Of a stretch of DNA of 64,000 bases, positions 11,846 to 24,600 are shown in pieces. The notes below the pieces were generated by a model. That model searched no databases, had not been told where the DNA came from, and was given only the letters and a program-made list of their open reading frames with translations. Origin of the DNA: Leucoraja ocellata (lineage: Eukaryota); the NCBI GenBank assembly GCA_036785375.1, contig JAWMAR010000363.1:1116001-1180000 (forward strand). The letters run 5' to 3'. A program made the translations under genes and the position numbers. Numbering within the stretch: the first letter of the stretch is position 1; each line of letters begins with the position of its first letter.

Positions 11846-14246
11846 AAGAGGAAGGGAAGCTGACCTGGAGGAACTTGGAAATGGGTTAATTTTGCTTTGA
11901 CAGATTTGCAGCTAGTGATTTATTGTGATGATAAATGCACAATAAAAACAAGCAAGGAAGTATCTGAAGAAGCGTCCTGACCCAGAATGCTGCCTGTCCA
12001 TTCCCTGCACCCCAACAATGACAAAGTAATTTTGGCCACGATGCATTTGAGGTGAATTGGACAGTACCCTAGCTTATGGTGCAATAAATAAGATTACCGT
12101 TCCTGGGTTAACCACATTGCATGCAATTCTAACTATGGGGAAATTAATGATTTGTCGAATTATGTCAGCGATCCTCTTATCCACGAGACAGATATCAGTG
12201 TCAGTGGGTTAATTGTGCTGATCTTATTTCATGTTGCCTCGACTACACGTCAGCCGGCCTTTCTGTGGCTCAGTACACAGTGAGCCCCACCCTGAGACTG
12301 CTCCCATTAACCCTCTGGCTGAGCGACTCCACAGAAGTGCTGCCAACGGCACCTCCACAGCCTGCTCTTGAGGGTTGCACGTGCGGGGATTGCTTTGTCG
12401 GTGCCCTCGCCGTTGCCGAGAGGGTGCGGGTGGGTTTGTGGGGCAAGGGGAAAGGTGGAGACAAGCAAAGCAGCCCGGACGCAAGCAGTGTTGTAGTTAG
12501 ACACCAAAACCCGGACTGGCCGCATCTCTGGAGAGAAAGAATGGTTGACGTTTCGGGTAGAGACCCTTCTTCAGTCTGAATTATTACCTGAACTCTTTGA
12601 ATGTGTTGACTGCAGAAGACTGCATTGCTCCCAGACAGAAGATGGGGAATAGTTCTTTAACATTGAAACAGTAAATAGTACATGTTCCTGAAGATGGAAG
12701 ATCAACACAAAATGCTCAGCGGGACAGGCAGCATCTCTGGAGAGAAGGAATGGGTAACATTTCGGGTCAAGTCTGAAGAAGGGTCTCGACCCGAAATGTC
12801 ACCCAATCCTTCTCTCCAGAGATGCTGCCTGTCCCGCTAACTTACTCCAGGTTTTTGTGTCTAATCGGTTTAAACCAGCATCTGCAGTTCCTTCCTACAC
12901 AGTATTGAAGTGAGTGTATTCACAATGACGCAAGCTGGTAGAGCCACTTCCTCACAGCTGCCTCTTAACCAGAGGCCCGGGTTCCGTCCTGGTCTCGGGT
13001 GCAGTCTTTTTGGAGTTTGCATGTTTCCCCAGTGATGGGATGGGTTTCCTCCAGGTTCCCACTGCATCCCAAAGATGGTTAATTGGCCTCTGTAAATTGC
13101 TGCTATTGGGGAGTGGATGAGAAAGCAGGATAACGTCAAACTGGTGTGAATAGTGTGAATTGTTCTTCCAAAGGGCCAGTTTCCATGCTGTATCTTTCAA
13201 TCTTACAATGACTGTTCTGCCTTTCAATTTGATAACTTTCCAGTTGATGCTACCTGGATGCTATGAGCTCATGAGCCTGCATTGCTACATTTGGTGAAAT
13301 TGTGTGTTTGCACACCCTTGCTCTGCCCATTTAGATGATATTTTCCAGCTATTATCAGATCTTTTTTTCCCATATCAAATTGCAATGCACCACATCTCCT
13401 AGAGCATAAACTCATAGTAAAGTAGAGCTAAGGAACAATGCTGTGCCGAACCCAATAAGCTAATCTCACCTGCCTGCACATGAACCATATCCCTTCATTC
13501 CCTGCATAGCCATGTGCCTATCTAAAAGCTTCTTGAGCACAATCTTGTTTGCCTCGACCACTACCACCACCACCACCACCCTTTGTGTTTAAAATAAAAA
13601 CGTGCTTTCCACGTCTCCTTTAAAGTTTGTCCCTCACACCTTAATGCTAAGCTCTCTAGACGTTGACCCCGGGAACACACACAGACAGACACACAAACAC
13701 AGACAGGACCCCCCCCCCCCCCCCCCTTATCAGATCTCCCCTCAACCGCTGGTGTTCTACGGAAAACAAACTAAGTCTGAACAACCTCTCCTTGCAGCTA
13801 ACACCCTCTAGCCCGTTTACTGAAATTAATTACAACGCTTTGAGGTTGTCCGAATCACATCAGTGACCCCACACCACTCTACGAAAAGATAGAGATGGGG
13901 TTCAACTATCAGACGTGTTAACCTGCTGAACGTGCTGTTCTGAGCCCCCGAACTGCCAGTCTAACAGTACCGTGCATTATTTCATCCAGCCTAAAGACTG
14001 AAATATGGTGACTCTGTGGATATTCTTTTGCAGGGAAGGACATTGCATCTGCCGGGTCTAAGAGATTGTGGGGAGAAGGCAGGAGAATGGGGTTAGGAGG
14101 GAGAGGTAGATCAGCCATGATTGAATGGCAGAGTAGACTTGATGGGCCGAATGGCCTAATTTTGCTCCTGTAACGTATGAATTTACATTCATTTTTCTGG
14201 ATTGTGTTTTGGAGTTGTCTAAGCTCTCTGTTTGGTTTGATGACAG

Positions 14247-14321
14247 CACCAGCAGCAAGTGGTCCAGGCAATAGAGCGGGCCAAACAGGTCACCATGGCC
14301 GAGCTGAATGCCATCATTGGG
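14247..14321 (+). CDS. TLE2: Groucho/TLE corepressor internal exon (end of Q domain), [25 protein letters not shown]
   Basis: Flanked by acag| and |gtaagt; 75 nt, phase 0-0. Peptide is nearly identical to the vertebrate TLE Q-domain C-terminus. TLE family is secure; the paralogue call is tentative. Confidence 0.93.
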
Positions 14322-16051
14322 GTAAGTGGCCATCTTGTACGCGTGGTTCAGTGTGAGATGTGATGAGTGTTGTAGCCACATCTAAACCGTGACAGTCACC
14401 AAAGAACTGCAGATGCTGGGCTTCTTGTATAGAACTCGTAAAGCGCAGGAGTAACTCGGCGGATCAGGCAGCATCTGTGGAGGGAATGGACAGTCAATGT
14501 TTTGGCACGTCTTTCGAAAGTGGGAGGAAACTTGAGCACCCGTAGAAAACCCACGCAGTCGCAGGAGAACAGTTACAGTTTGCAGTTTAGTTTATTGTCA
14601 CGTGTACTGAGGTACAGTGAAAAGCTTTTGTTACGTGCTATCCAGTCAGCGGAACGACAATACATGATTACATTTGAGCCATTTACAGTGCATAGATGCA
14701 TGACAAGGGCATAACGTTTAGTGCAAGGTAAAGTCAAGGATATTCCGAGGTTTCACCAACGAGGTGGACAGTAGTTCAACACTGCTCTCTGGTTGTGGTA
14801 GGATGATTCAGAATTTACAAACTCTGTACAGACAGCACTTGTAGTCAGGATCGAACCTGGGTCCGTGGAGCTGCAAGGCAGCAACTCTACCGCGGCGCTA
14901 ATGTGCCACCCCCTTGCGAAGGACAATGTTAAACAAAGTTGTTGTCCAAGATCCCAAACTAGGTGATTTCTTTTTCTCCCCTTCTCGTTCATTAAAATGG
15001 ATGAAGCTGCTGCTCATGTGATCAGACTGTGAGCAAAATTCACTGCCACATTTCCCACGTTACAATGGATGAAAGTCAAAGATACTGCAGATGCTGGAAA
15101 TCAGAAACAAAAAATAAACAGAAAATGCTGAAATTACTCAGCAGAGCAGGCAGCATCTGCGGAAAGCAAAACAGAGCTCTCATTTCATGTGAAGAACTTT
15201 CAGGTCTGAGTGCTTCTAGCATTTTATGCTTCTCTTTCCACTCTGCCAATTGACTGCTCTTCAGAGACCACTGGTTCACTCCAAGATGGTTCAGCAATTG
15301 CAGCCTTGAAGACAAAACCTTGGCACCCATTTTGTTTCTGATCAATGACCAAAGACCCCACAGGAAAGTCGGTGTTTTCTTCTCAGGAACTCTGGGAATT
15401 GATGATGAAATGAATCATGAGGAGAATAGATGTGTGAATGCAGTGTTGAGAAGTCAAGAACTAGAGGCCACAGGTTATGGTGAGAGATTTAATATGAACC
15501 TGAAGGGTGACTCAGAAGGTGATGGGTATATTGAATAAACTGCCAGAGGAGGTAGCTGAGGAAGGTACAAGAACAGCATTTACATTTGGATAGGTACATA
15601 GATAGGAATGGGTTAGAGGGATATTGACCCAATGCTGGCAAATGGGACTAACTTGGCCTGGTCAGCATGGACGAAAGGGTCAGTATCCCTGTTGTATGAG
15701 CTACATAGACATAACATTCTGGACAACCTCAGCAGGTAAGGCAGTATCTCTGGAGAAAAACAATAGGTGATGTTTTGGGGTGAGAACCCTTCTTCAGTCA
15801 GTTCTTCGGGTCTGAAGAAGGGTCCCGACCTGAAACATCCCTATTCTTTTCCCCCAGGGGTGCTGTTTTGTGTCTATATCTTCGGTATGAACCAGCATCT
15901 GCAGTTCCTTCCTACACCGCGCGACTCTATGACTCCTCTGACATGATTGAGTGTTTTTTAAAATCTAAGCTAAACGACTTTGTGCCGATTAGTTTGTTTA
16001 CTTTGGTTTATATGTCGGTGCTACCATTGATGTCAGCACCTTTACTTACAG

Positions 16052-16247
16052 CAGCAGCAGCTTCAGCATCTGTCTCATCACGCACCTCCAATTCCGCTCA
16101 CTCCCCACCCATCAGGGTTGCAGGTAGCAGGGATTCCGTCGCTGGGCGGTGGCTCGGGGCTCCTGGCTCTCTCCAGTGCCCTTGGAGTCCATGCCCACTT
16201 GGCAATGAAGGAGGACAAGAACCATCTGGACATGGAACATCACCGAG
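16052..16247 (+). CDS. TLE2: TLE internal exon (GP domain), QQQLQHLSHHAPPIPLTPHPSGLQVAGIPSLGGGSGLLALSSALGVHAHLAMKEDKNHLDMEHHR
   Basis: Flanked by ttacag| and G|gtaaga; 196 nt, phase 0-1, in frame with the previous exon. PLTPHPSGL and GLLALSSALG are TLE GP motifs. LQxLSHHAPP matches my recollection of TLE2 better than TLE1/3/4. Confidence 0.92.
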
Positions 16248-16289
16248 GTAAGAGAGCCAGCACATATTGGGCGGTTATCCCAAACCTGT

Positions 16290-16317
16290 CTGACGAAGGG
16301 TCTCGACCCGAAACGTC
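16290..16317 (+). ncRNA. Short-stem-III type I hammerhead ribozyme motif (representative copy)
   Basis: CTGACGA-A-GGGT-CTCG-ACCC-GAAA-CG-TC: intact core, 4-bp stem II, palindromic ACGT stem III. Stem I is only ~2 bp, so activity is unproven. Confidence 0.6.
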
Positions 16318-16392
16318 ATCCATTCCTTCTCTCCAGATCTCCTGCCTGTCCCGCTGAGTTACTCCAGCTTTTTGTGCATATCTCAATAAAAT

Positions 16393-16630
16393 TATTAATT
16401 ATCATTAACAATTCCAATAAATAACTGGGAAGAATTAGTTTTTTTTGTCCAGAGAGTGGTGGGAAATTGCAACTCTGAATCTGAAGGTGACCACAATCTG
16501 TGGTTGAGGTGAATAGCAAGGCCTTTAAGCGAGTGTGAGTTAGGTTGCAGATCCTGCAAACTGAGCATAGCTGTCAAATGCTGGCCCATTTTCTCTTAGT
16601 AGAAACAAGGAACTGCAGATGCTGGTTTAC
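16393..16630 (+). repeat. ~240-bp diverged direct repeat, copy 1 (copy 2 at 39109-39341)
   Basis: Collinear blocks AATTCCAATAAATAACTG, AGGTTGCAGATCCTG and AGTAGAAACAAGGAACTGCAGATGCTGG. Confidence 0.75.
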
Positions 16631-16964
16631 ACAAAAGGATTCTCTCAGTTCCCTGTCCCTCCCTCCCCTGACCATTGAGTTACTCCGGCACTTTGTATCC
16701 ATGTTTTACTTGTTGGATGTTTAGAGATACTGTTCCAAGAGGCAATCAGCACTAGTGCTGGTTGTGTCAAAGCAATCCAGTCATGAAGGTTTTAGAGGAA
16801 GACACACGAGAGATCTCTCTACATAGAAACGGAACAACTTGTGCTTGAGACTTAGTTAAAGGGCATCTTTTGTTTGTCCTTTACCAAGAATGATTTGCGC
16901 TGAAGTACATGCCAACTTATTAGATGTCATTTGGTCCCCAAACGGTACCCAAACAATGGTTGGG

Positions 16965-17305
16965 TGAGAATAGATCGAGTAGATGCAAAGAGTCTTTTAT
17001 CCAGAGTAAGGGAATCGAGAACCAGACGGTTTAAGGTGAGAGAGGAAAGATTTAATAGGAACCTGAAGGGCAACATTTTCATGCAGGGGGTGGTGTGTAG
17101 ATGGAATCAATTGTCAGAGGAGGAGGTTGAGGCAGGTACTATACCAATGTTTAAAATACATTTGGACAGGTACATGAACAGGGAGGGTTTATAGGGACAT
17201 GGGCCAAATGCGGGCAGGTGAGACTCGTGTAGATGCGGTGTCTTGATTGGCACGGGCAGGTTAGGCTGAAGGGTCTGTTTCCGTGCTGCATGCCTCTATG
17301 ACTCT
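16965..17305 (+). mobile_element. CR1-clade LINE 3' fragment
   Basis: IDRVDAKSLLSRVRESRTR..FKVREERFNRNLKGNIF..WNQL plus the 3' tail shared with the V-SINE. Confidence 0.8.
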
Positions 17306-17480
17306 ATAATACTTGCCAGAGAATGTGGTCTACTGAGTAAAAGTAGAGTTTGCAGCAGAGGCTAAATATGGAGTTTACAGCAGAGACTAAAGGCTGAAAG
17401 GCCAGTTTCCATGCTCTGTCTTTCCGACTGCCTGGATCTATGTCTTTGCAGAAGAACAGGAAATACATAACCATTACAAA

Positions 17481-17767
17481 GGGCGGCACGGTGGCGCAGC
17501 GGTAGAGTTGCTGCCTTACAGGGCTTGCAGCGCCAGAGACCTGGGTTCGATCCCGACCACGGGTGCTGTCTGTACGGAGTTCGTACGTTGTGGGTTTTCT
17601 CCGAGATCTTCGGTTTCCTCTCACACTCAAAGAAGTGCAGATTGTAGGTCAATTGGCTTGGTAAACTTTTTAAATTGTCCCTAGTGTGTGTAGGATAGTG
17701 TTAATGTGCGAGGATCGCTGTTTGGTGCGGACTCAGTGGGTTGAAGTGGCTGCTTCCATGTTGTATT
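17481..17767 (+). mobile_element. V-SINE (HE1-like), full length
   Basis: A box TGGCGCAGCGG, B box GGTTCGATCCC, V core, CR1 tail. About 30 further full or partial copies on both strands, e.g. 12935, 18780, 22970, 27520, 34060, 41965, 46520, 51255, 56435, 58890, 63695. Confidence 0.85.
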
Positions 17768-19357
17768 TTGCACATTTGGCAGGGGGTAGATTTCTCCACC
17801 GAAGCGCCATAGGCTTGATGCAGTGAGGATGAAAGGTGAAGAGAGAATGTGGGAAGCTCTAATTAAAATCCCAAATGAAAGAAATCAGGAAAGTTGAGGA
17901 ATTTAGTGCCAGTGATAAAATAAGATGGGAAGGAGATAGCTAAGACGGGGAGATTGCCCAATGGTTAAATTAGGAAAGGAAGAATAAAGCTTCGAGAGGT
18001 TTTGCCCCTCGGTTGACAATCTCTGCATTGCGTTTGGAATTGAGTTGTCTAAGAGAAGCCATTACAGTTACGGGAAAAACATTCCTTCATGGAATGCTTT
18101 GGGCTTTATTTGGTGTTAATTGAAGTGAAAGGAAGCATGCACATAAAATGCTAGGCAACCAAACTCCCCAGGGGACAAACACAAATAAAAACATATTCGC
18201 CATCCGAAGGAAATGTTTGTCATTTCCCAGAACCTGTCTGGGTGACATTTCGTATGTTGACTTATCTTCATATTTGGGTCATTTATTTGGAAAGCAAATC
18301 TTTTTTACGATGGTTTTTGGGCTGTGGTTGTAGATCTTTGTTCCAGATGTTGGCAATGTTCCTGGTGTCTGATGCAGGTCAATATAATCCTATTGTTGTG
18401 GCTTTGGCTCATGTTTGTGCAATGTCCACTCTGCCATAATGTATCTAAAGTAATGGCAGGTGGGACTTCACTGCGTAAGTCATAGAGTCATACGATGGAA
18501 ACAGGATCTTCGGCCCAACTTGCCAACACGGACCAACATGTCCATCTACACTAGTCCCACCTGCCTGCGTTTGGCCAATATCCCTCTAAACCTGTCCTAT
18601 CCACGTACCTGTCTAAATGTTTCTTAAACGTTGCTATGGTACACCTGAAGTCCCAGCAAGCAAAAAGTTTACAGTTAACCAATGAGAACTCCAAAGACAG
18701 TGTCTTTGGAACAGATGAGGATGTAACATGTAAATTCCTGTTAGCAGAGGGATTGTACATTAATTATTCTGGTATGTGTGGGTGGCACATTGGCACAGCT
18801 GGTAGAACTGCTGCCTCACAATGTCAGAGACCCGGTTTAGATTCTGACCTCTGTGGAGTTTGTATGTTCTCCCTGTGACCTGGTGGGTTTCCTCCGGGTG
18901 CTCTGGTTTCCTCCCAAATCCCAAAGACATGCAAGTTTGTAGGTTAATTGGCCTCTTTAAATCACCCCTAGTGTGTAAGGAATAGATGTGGAAGTGGAAT
19001 AACATGGGACTAGTGTGCGGGTGATTAATGGGCAGCATGGACTCAGTGGACAGAAGAGCCTGTTTCCGTGCTGTGTCGAAAGCTCAACAAACAAATTAAA
19101 TGTACAGACTGAGACACCATGTGGGGCTATGATTTATAGGAGCTGGGAATCTTTCATTGTGTCCATTCAGGTGTCACTGTGTGTGATGGTTTGGTTTCTC
19201 CAATAACACACTCTCAAGGGGGATCTGTCTCATCAGAGGCTGCTTGTGAACGCTGAACCGCATCTCATTTTGGTTTTTCCACTAACTCTTCTCTTCTGTT
19301 CTTCCCTCCTCCTGCTCGCCATCCTCTGCCGCTCTTCCCCTGGACTCCCCCAACCAG

Positions 19358-19380
19358 ACGGAGATCGGGACGCCAGCAGA
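19358..19380 (+). CDS. TLE2: TLE 23-nt micro-exon, (D)GDRDASR
   Basis: Long pyrimidine tract then ccag|ACGGAGATCGGGACGCCAGCAGA|gtaagt. Phase 1-0 restores frame (196+23=219). Sits where TLE genes have their short exon after the GP exon. Confidence 0.8.
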
Positions 19381-20957
19381 GTAAGTCGATTTCTGCTTTT
19401 AATTCTTGTGCTGGCATTAACACGCGTGTCCGCGGTTCAAGTAGCTCCATGCACATGTGAGCTGCCTTTTGGATTTGTGACTCCAGTAAAGAATGGCTCA
19501 GCTGTTTTCTCCTCAGAAACCTCAAACAAACTAGTTTAGCTTATTATTGCCGCGAGTACCGAGGTAATGTGAAAAGCTTTATCGTTCTGTGCTATCCAGT
19601 CAGCAGAAAGAATATACATGATTACAATCGAGCCATCCACAGTGTACAGACACAGGATAAAGGGTATAATGTATAGTGCAAGATAAAGTCCAGTGAAGTC
19701 TGATTAAAGATAGTCCGAGGGTCGCCAATGAGGTAGATAGTAGGTTAGGACTGCTCTCTAGATAGGAGATAGTGAGGCAGCTAATGTCTATTTTCCCCCT
19801 ACAATTCAGTGGCCTCACAACAGCAGAGACCCAAGTTTAATCGTGACTGTGTTGCGTTTGCACGTCCTCCCTGTGACCGTGTGAGTTTGCTCCGGTTTCA
19901 TCCCACATCACAAAGATGTGCGGGTCTATATGTCGATTGGCCCTCTGTAAATTTCCCTGAGTGTGCAGGGAGTGGATGAAAAAGTGGGATAACACAGAAC
20001 TGATGTGTAGGAGTGATCGATGGTCGGCATGAACTCAGTTGGGGCAAAGGGCCGGTTTCCGTGCTGTATCTGTCAATGAATCGATCAATATTTTGGGAAC
20101 ACGATCTGGGAACAATGGAAGAGAGTGAGTGCTGCCTCAACTTGGGTTAAAACCTGGCTCACCCCTAACCCCACCGACACTGAGTGAGAAAACGCAACGC
20201 ATATGGCTTTCATTCGCTTTGTTAATCTCATGACCATTTCAGGATCTGGCATATGCCGTACCATAGGGAAACTCTCCCGATTAGAAGACTGGCAAAGTCT
20301 ATTTGCCTGTTGTTTTGTCAAAACCGAGCAAAAATCAAATCATAACATGGTTGATCTTACCTTCTGCTGGTCCCACAATACAGTGGTAATGAAAATCGTA
20401 ACTAATCACAGCAATTGCCTCAAGGATAGTGCGTTCAACAGACCAGACAAGAGGCAAAGGAAACAATAACAGAAAATGTTGGAAGCACTCAGTAAGTCAG
20501 CCAGAATCTGTGGAAAGGAATATAATGTAGAAACCAGGAAATGCAGATGCTGGTTTACAAAAAACGACAATGGAGTAACTCAACGCATCAGGCAGCATCT
20601 TTGGAAAACAAGGATAGGCGATGTTTCGGGTCAGGTCCTTACTTCAGACTCATTGTTCTACTCTCCAGCAATTTGTGTGTCTGTGGGCAACGGTGCAGGC
20701 CTCAGGTCTGCAATCCTCCTTCAGACCTGGGATAGAGAGAGAAACGAGTTTTCAGTAGCATGGAAGATGGGGGAGGGTTGGGCCAAACTGAAGGAATGTT
20801 GTTGCTGGTGTGTAATTGTCCCCCCATTCAAAGGGTTAATGGGGGCACCTGCAAACAAACACATTCTGCTTGATTGTCTGTGCAATGTGTTGTGAATGGT
20901 GAGTCTCAGGAACATGACCAGCAGGCTAGACCATGCAAATAGAAGAGGGAAAACTAA

Positions 20958-21651
20958 AGGGCCTGTCCCACTTACGTGTCCTTGGGCCGCAAATTACGCG
21001 ACCTTGTGGTCGCGTCGAGGCACACGGGCATCGTGTGGCCTCGCGGGGCCGGTCCCACTGAGAAGCGCGGAGGGGTATGTAGTTGTGCGCGACATCGTGC
21101 AGGGCTCCAAAATATTTGTAGCGAACGAAATCTTCGCGCGCCAACGACCTGTCACATAACTGACGGCCAAAGTGGATCAGGCCCAAGACCCTGGCGCGAC
21201 GCAACGCCTCACCCTCAACAGCAGCAGAAGCTGGCAAACGGTCGCCGAACTCGGCCTGGGGCTCACGGCCATTGTGGGCCGGATCCGCCCCCACTTCTAC
21301 TCCCAGAGCGGGGCCAGGAGAATTGAAGATGGACACAAAATGCAGGAGTAACTCAGCGGGACCGGCAGCATCTCTGGAGAGAAGCAATGGGTGATTTCGG
21401 GTCAAGACCCTTCTTTCAGACTGAAGAAGCGTTTCGACCCGAAACATCACCCATTCCTTCTCTCCAGAGATGCTGCCAGTCCTGCTGAGTTACTCCTGCA
21501 TTTTGTGTCCATCTTCAAATGACGTCACGCACTCCTGACGGCTGTGCGGATGAATGAAGTCGCGCGCGCCCTTCGCGGGACCGTCGCGGCTCAACGCGAC
21601 CATGAGGTCGCGTAATTAGCGTGCCAAGGACACGTAAGTGGGACATGGGCT
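20958..21651. mobile_element. Harbinger-type MITE (694 bp) containing a captured Penelope-terminus fold-back
   Basis: TAA TSD both sides; TIR core TGTCCCACTTACGTGTCCTTGG / CCAAGGACACGTAAGTGGGACA; internal inverted repeat 21323-21518. Confidence 0.8.
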
Positions 21652-24600
21652 TAAGTCAAAACAATGACAGCAGCGATGACCAGCTCCAATGCAGGCTCTC
21701 ATTTTCATTTACAATGAGGGAGACCACTTTGATTGAGAGTGTTGGGATCTAGACATCCAAATTCATTGCCTCCTCCTCTCAGGTTATGACTTCCTCGCCA
21801 CATACAAATGACTTGTGCACGCTGTCCCCAAAGTGTACTTTCCTCAGCAAATTCTCTACCATTTTCATTTTGAATAATCTGACAATAATTCCTTCTACTG
21901 ACTTGCATTGATTTACCGCTCTCTCTCAGCCCGTTAAAATTACTCGGGAGTAGTTCCTTGGCCCAAGCTGTGCCCTTTAATTCTCCAAGGCAGTTCCAGA
22001 TCCAGTGGTGTGACTCCTATGTGCCACTCAAATGATTATATTCCCGCATTAAGGTGTTATTTCAAGGTGGCAGGTCTCCTGCATGTTGTCCTTGAGTAAT
22101 CTGACCAATTGCTGTGCTGATCTTTTACTGGTATGACATTGTAATTTTAAAGTTCTTGCTTGGGCATCAACCATTTGCAAAGTCCTTGGCATGAGTTTCC
22201 TCCGGGTGCTCCAGTTTTCTCCCACATCTCAAAGACGTGCGTGTTTGTGGATTAACTCGCCTCTGTAAATTGCCCCTAGCGCGTAGGAAGTGTGATAACG
22301 TAGAACTAATGTGAACGGGGTTAGTTTCATTTGATTTAGAGATACAGCGCGTAAACAGGCCCTTCGGCCCACCAAGTCCGCTCCAGACCAGCGATCCCCA
22401 CACATTAGCAGGTGTCAGAGGTTATGGGGAGAAGGCAGGAGAATGAGGTTAGGAGGGAGAGATAGATCAGCCATGAATGAATGGCGGAGTAGACTTGATG
22501 CGGCGAATGGCCTAATTCTACTCCTATTCCTTATGACCTTTTGACCCTACACACATTAGGGACAATTTACATTTATACCAAGGCAATGAACCTACACACC
22601 TGTACGTCTTTGGTGTGTGGGAGGAAACTGAAGATCTTGGAGAAAACCCACGCAGGTCACGGGTAGAACATACAAACTCTGTACAGACAGCACCTGCAGT
22701 CAGGATTGAACCCGAGTCCCTGGCGCTGTAAGGCAGCAACTCAACATTGTGCCACCGTGCCGCCCGCATTGATGGTCAGGGTGGAGTCGGTGAGCTGAAG
22801 GGCTTGTTTCCGTGCTGTATTTCTGAACTAAAGTAAAGCTTTGTAAACTTGCTTTAAATTTTGTTTTTTTGTTTCATATGGGAATTAGAATCTTGTGACA
22901 GTCGCACAGAATGGGAACATTTGAAAATGGTGAATGTTGTGTTGGGACAATAGGAGAGTAATTGCTTGATTGATTGAAAGATACAACATGGAAACAGGCC
23001 CTTCAGCCCATCGAGCCCACGCCGCCTATCGATCGACCCATTCATGCTAGTACTCTGTTATCCCACTTTCTCATGCACTCCATACATATTCGGGGCAATT
23101 TACACAGGCCAACTATCCTACAAACCCGCATGTCTTTGGGAGCACCCGGAGGAAATCCACGCAGTCCCGGGGAGAACATGCAAACTCCACACCGATGGCA
23201 CCCAAGGTCAGGATCAAACCCGGATCTCTGGTGCTGTGAGGCAGCAGCTCTACCTGTTGCGCAACCGTGCTTTGTTAGTTTACAGGATTGCAGACCCTGC
23301 AAATATCAATCCACATGTCGGCAGCTGCAGTGAACAAATGGACCTGAGACTGCGTCAGCGAAACTTTCAATAGGAGTGCGGAGAACGGGTGTACTTGTAC
23401 AACGTGGGGATCTTTTCCGTCCCGGGCCAGGGATCCAGCAGTGATCCTTTGTCGTCGTGATGGATCATTCCAAAACCATTTTCCATTCGTCAGTAATCCG
23501 CCAGGCACTAATTGAACGGAGGTACATTCCAAGGTGGGGCCGAGATACGTTACAGGAAGTAAGCATTACTTTTACTGGAAGTGCAGATCACATGAAGGTA
23601 TTTGAGCGCATTAATAGATGTCTATTCATACGCTTGTCGATCGTATATCATTCTTACACCAGTCCCCAAAATCATCAAGTGGCCCAAAGACTCAAGTTCC
23701 GAACAATTCCCTCGCCTTGTTCTATCATTACAGCAGAGCTTGCCAACTGCTGTATCCTGGTTAGGCAATACTGTGCTTTTAAACATTGCACCCTTGTTTT
23801 CAAATCCCTCAATGTGTCTGCAGTCACCTCCAGTGGTCAATATGTACAAGAAAGAACTGTAGATGCTGGTTTAAATCGAAGGTGGACACTGTCTGGAGGC
23901 AAGCAAGTTTGGGATCTTTGTGGAGTAGTGTCCAACTCCAATGGTCATTAGTTCTTTATTATCATGTGAAGTTTCTCTTGTTTTGACTACAGTACTGTAC
24001 AGTTACATCAGCACAATCCCCGATTAAGTACGAAGTGTATAGACATATCCCATGAGCCCGTTTACACGAGCTGCCAGGTTTTGGCGCCATTTTGAAAGCT
24101 GAAGCTGCAGCTGGATTTAAAGGCCCATCGTCCTGGCTGCAGGGCCTCCACCCATCGCCTCAGTCCGAATCGCCCAGTGAAATATCGTTCCTCTCCTCGC
24201 CTGGCTACCTTCAACCTTTGTGCCCCAGGGGCGTCTCGAAGACACGGAAACGGCCCTTTGTTCTTGTGTCTGCCATCGCTGACTCCCTCCACTATCCGAT
24301 CTCAGGGTTGAGCATCGGTGCTTGGTGGCTTCTCCAACAGGTCAGGCAGCAAGCCTGGGGTACTTGGATAGGCGGTGTTTCAGGTTGAGACCCTTCTTCA
24401 GCCAGTAAGTAGTTGGGAACGAAAGCTGGAAAAGAGCATCAGGTGGAGCTGGTTCCGAAGAGGAGGTTTGAGGCAGATCAACATTGATGTTATTGAATAG
24501 AATTGAGAGCCAGGTTATCCATTCCTGTTCCCACTCTCATGTGTTCCACCAAATGCAAGAAGCCACCATAATTGGGGGCTTAGGTGAGTGTAATAAATGG

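Noticed and set aside
12695-12900. Long hairpins as miRNA precursors or CRISPR-like repeats
   Set aside because: They are inverted Penelope termini dispersed irregularly; no regular repeat-spacer array, and the DNA is vertebrate.
1-14246. Upstream TLE Q-domain exon (EIxKRLN..LSQE)
   Set aside because: Searched by eye and not found; probably lies before the window.
15868-16251. 127-aa ORF overlapping the TLE exon
   Set aside because: Wrong frame and starts in a repeat; the TLE peptide is in another frame bounded by splice sites.
17481-17560. tRNA-like sequence with A/B boxes
   Set aside because: Head of a V-SINE, continuous with the SINE core; not a tRNA gene.
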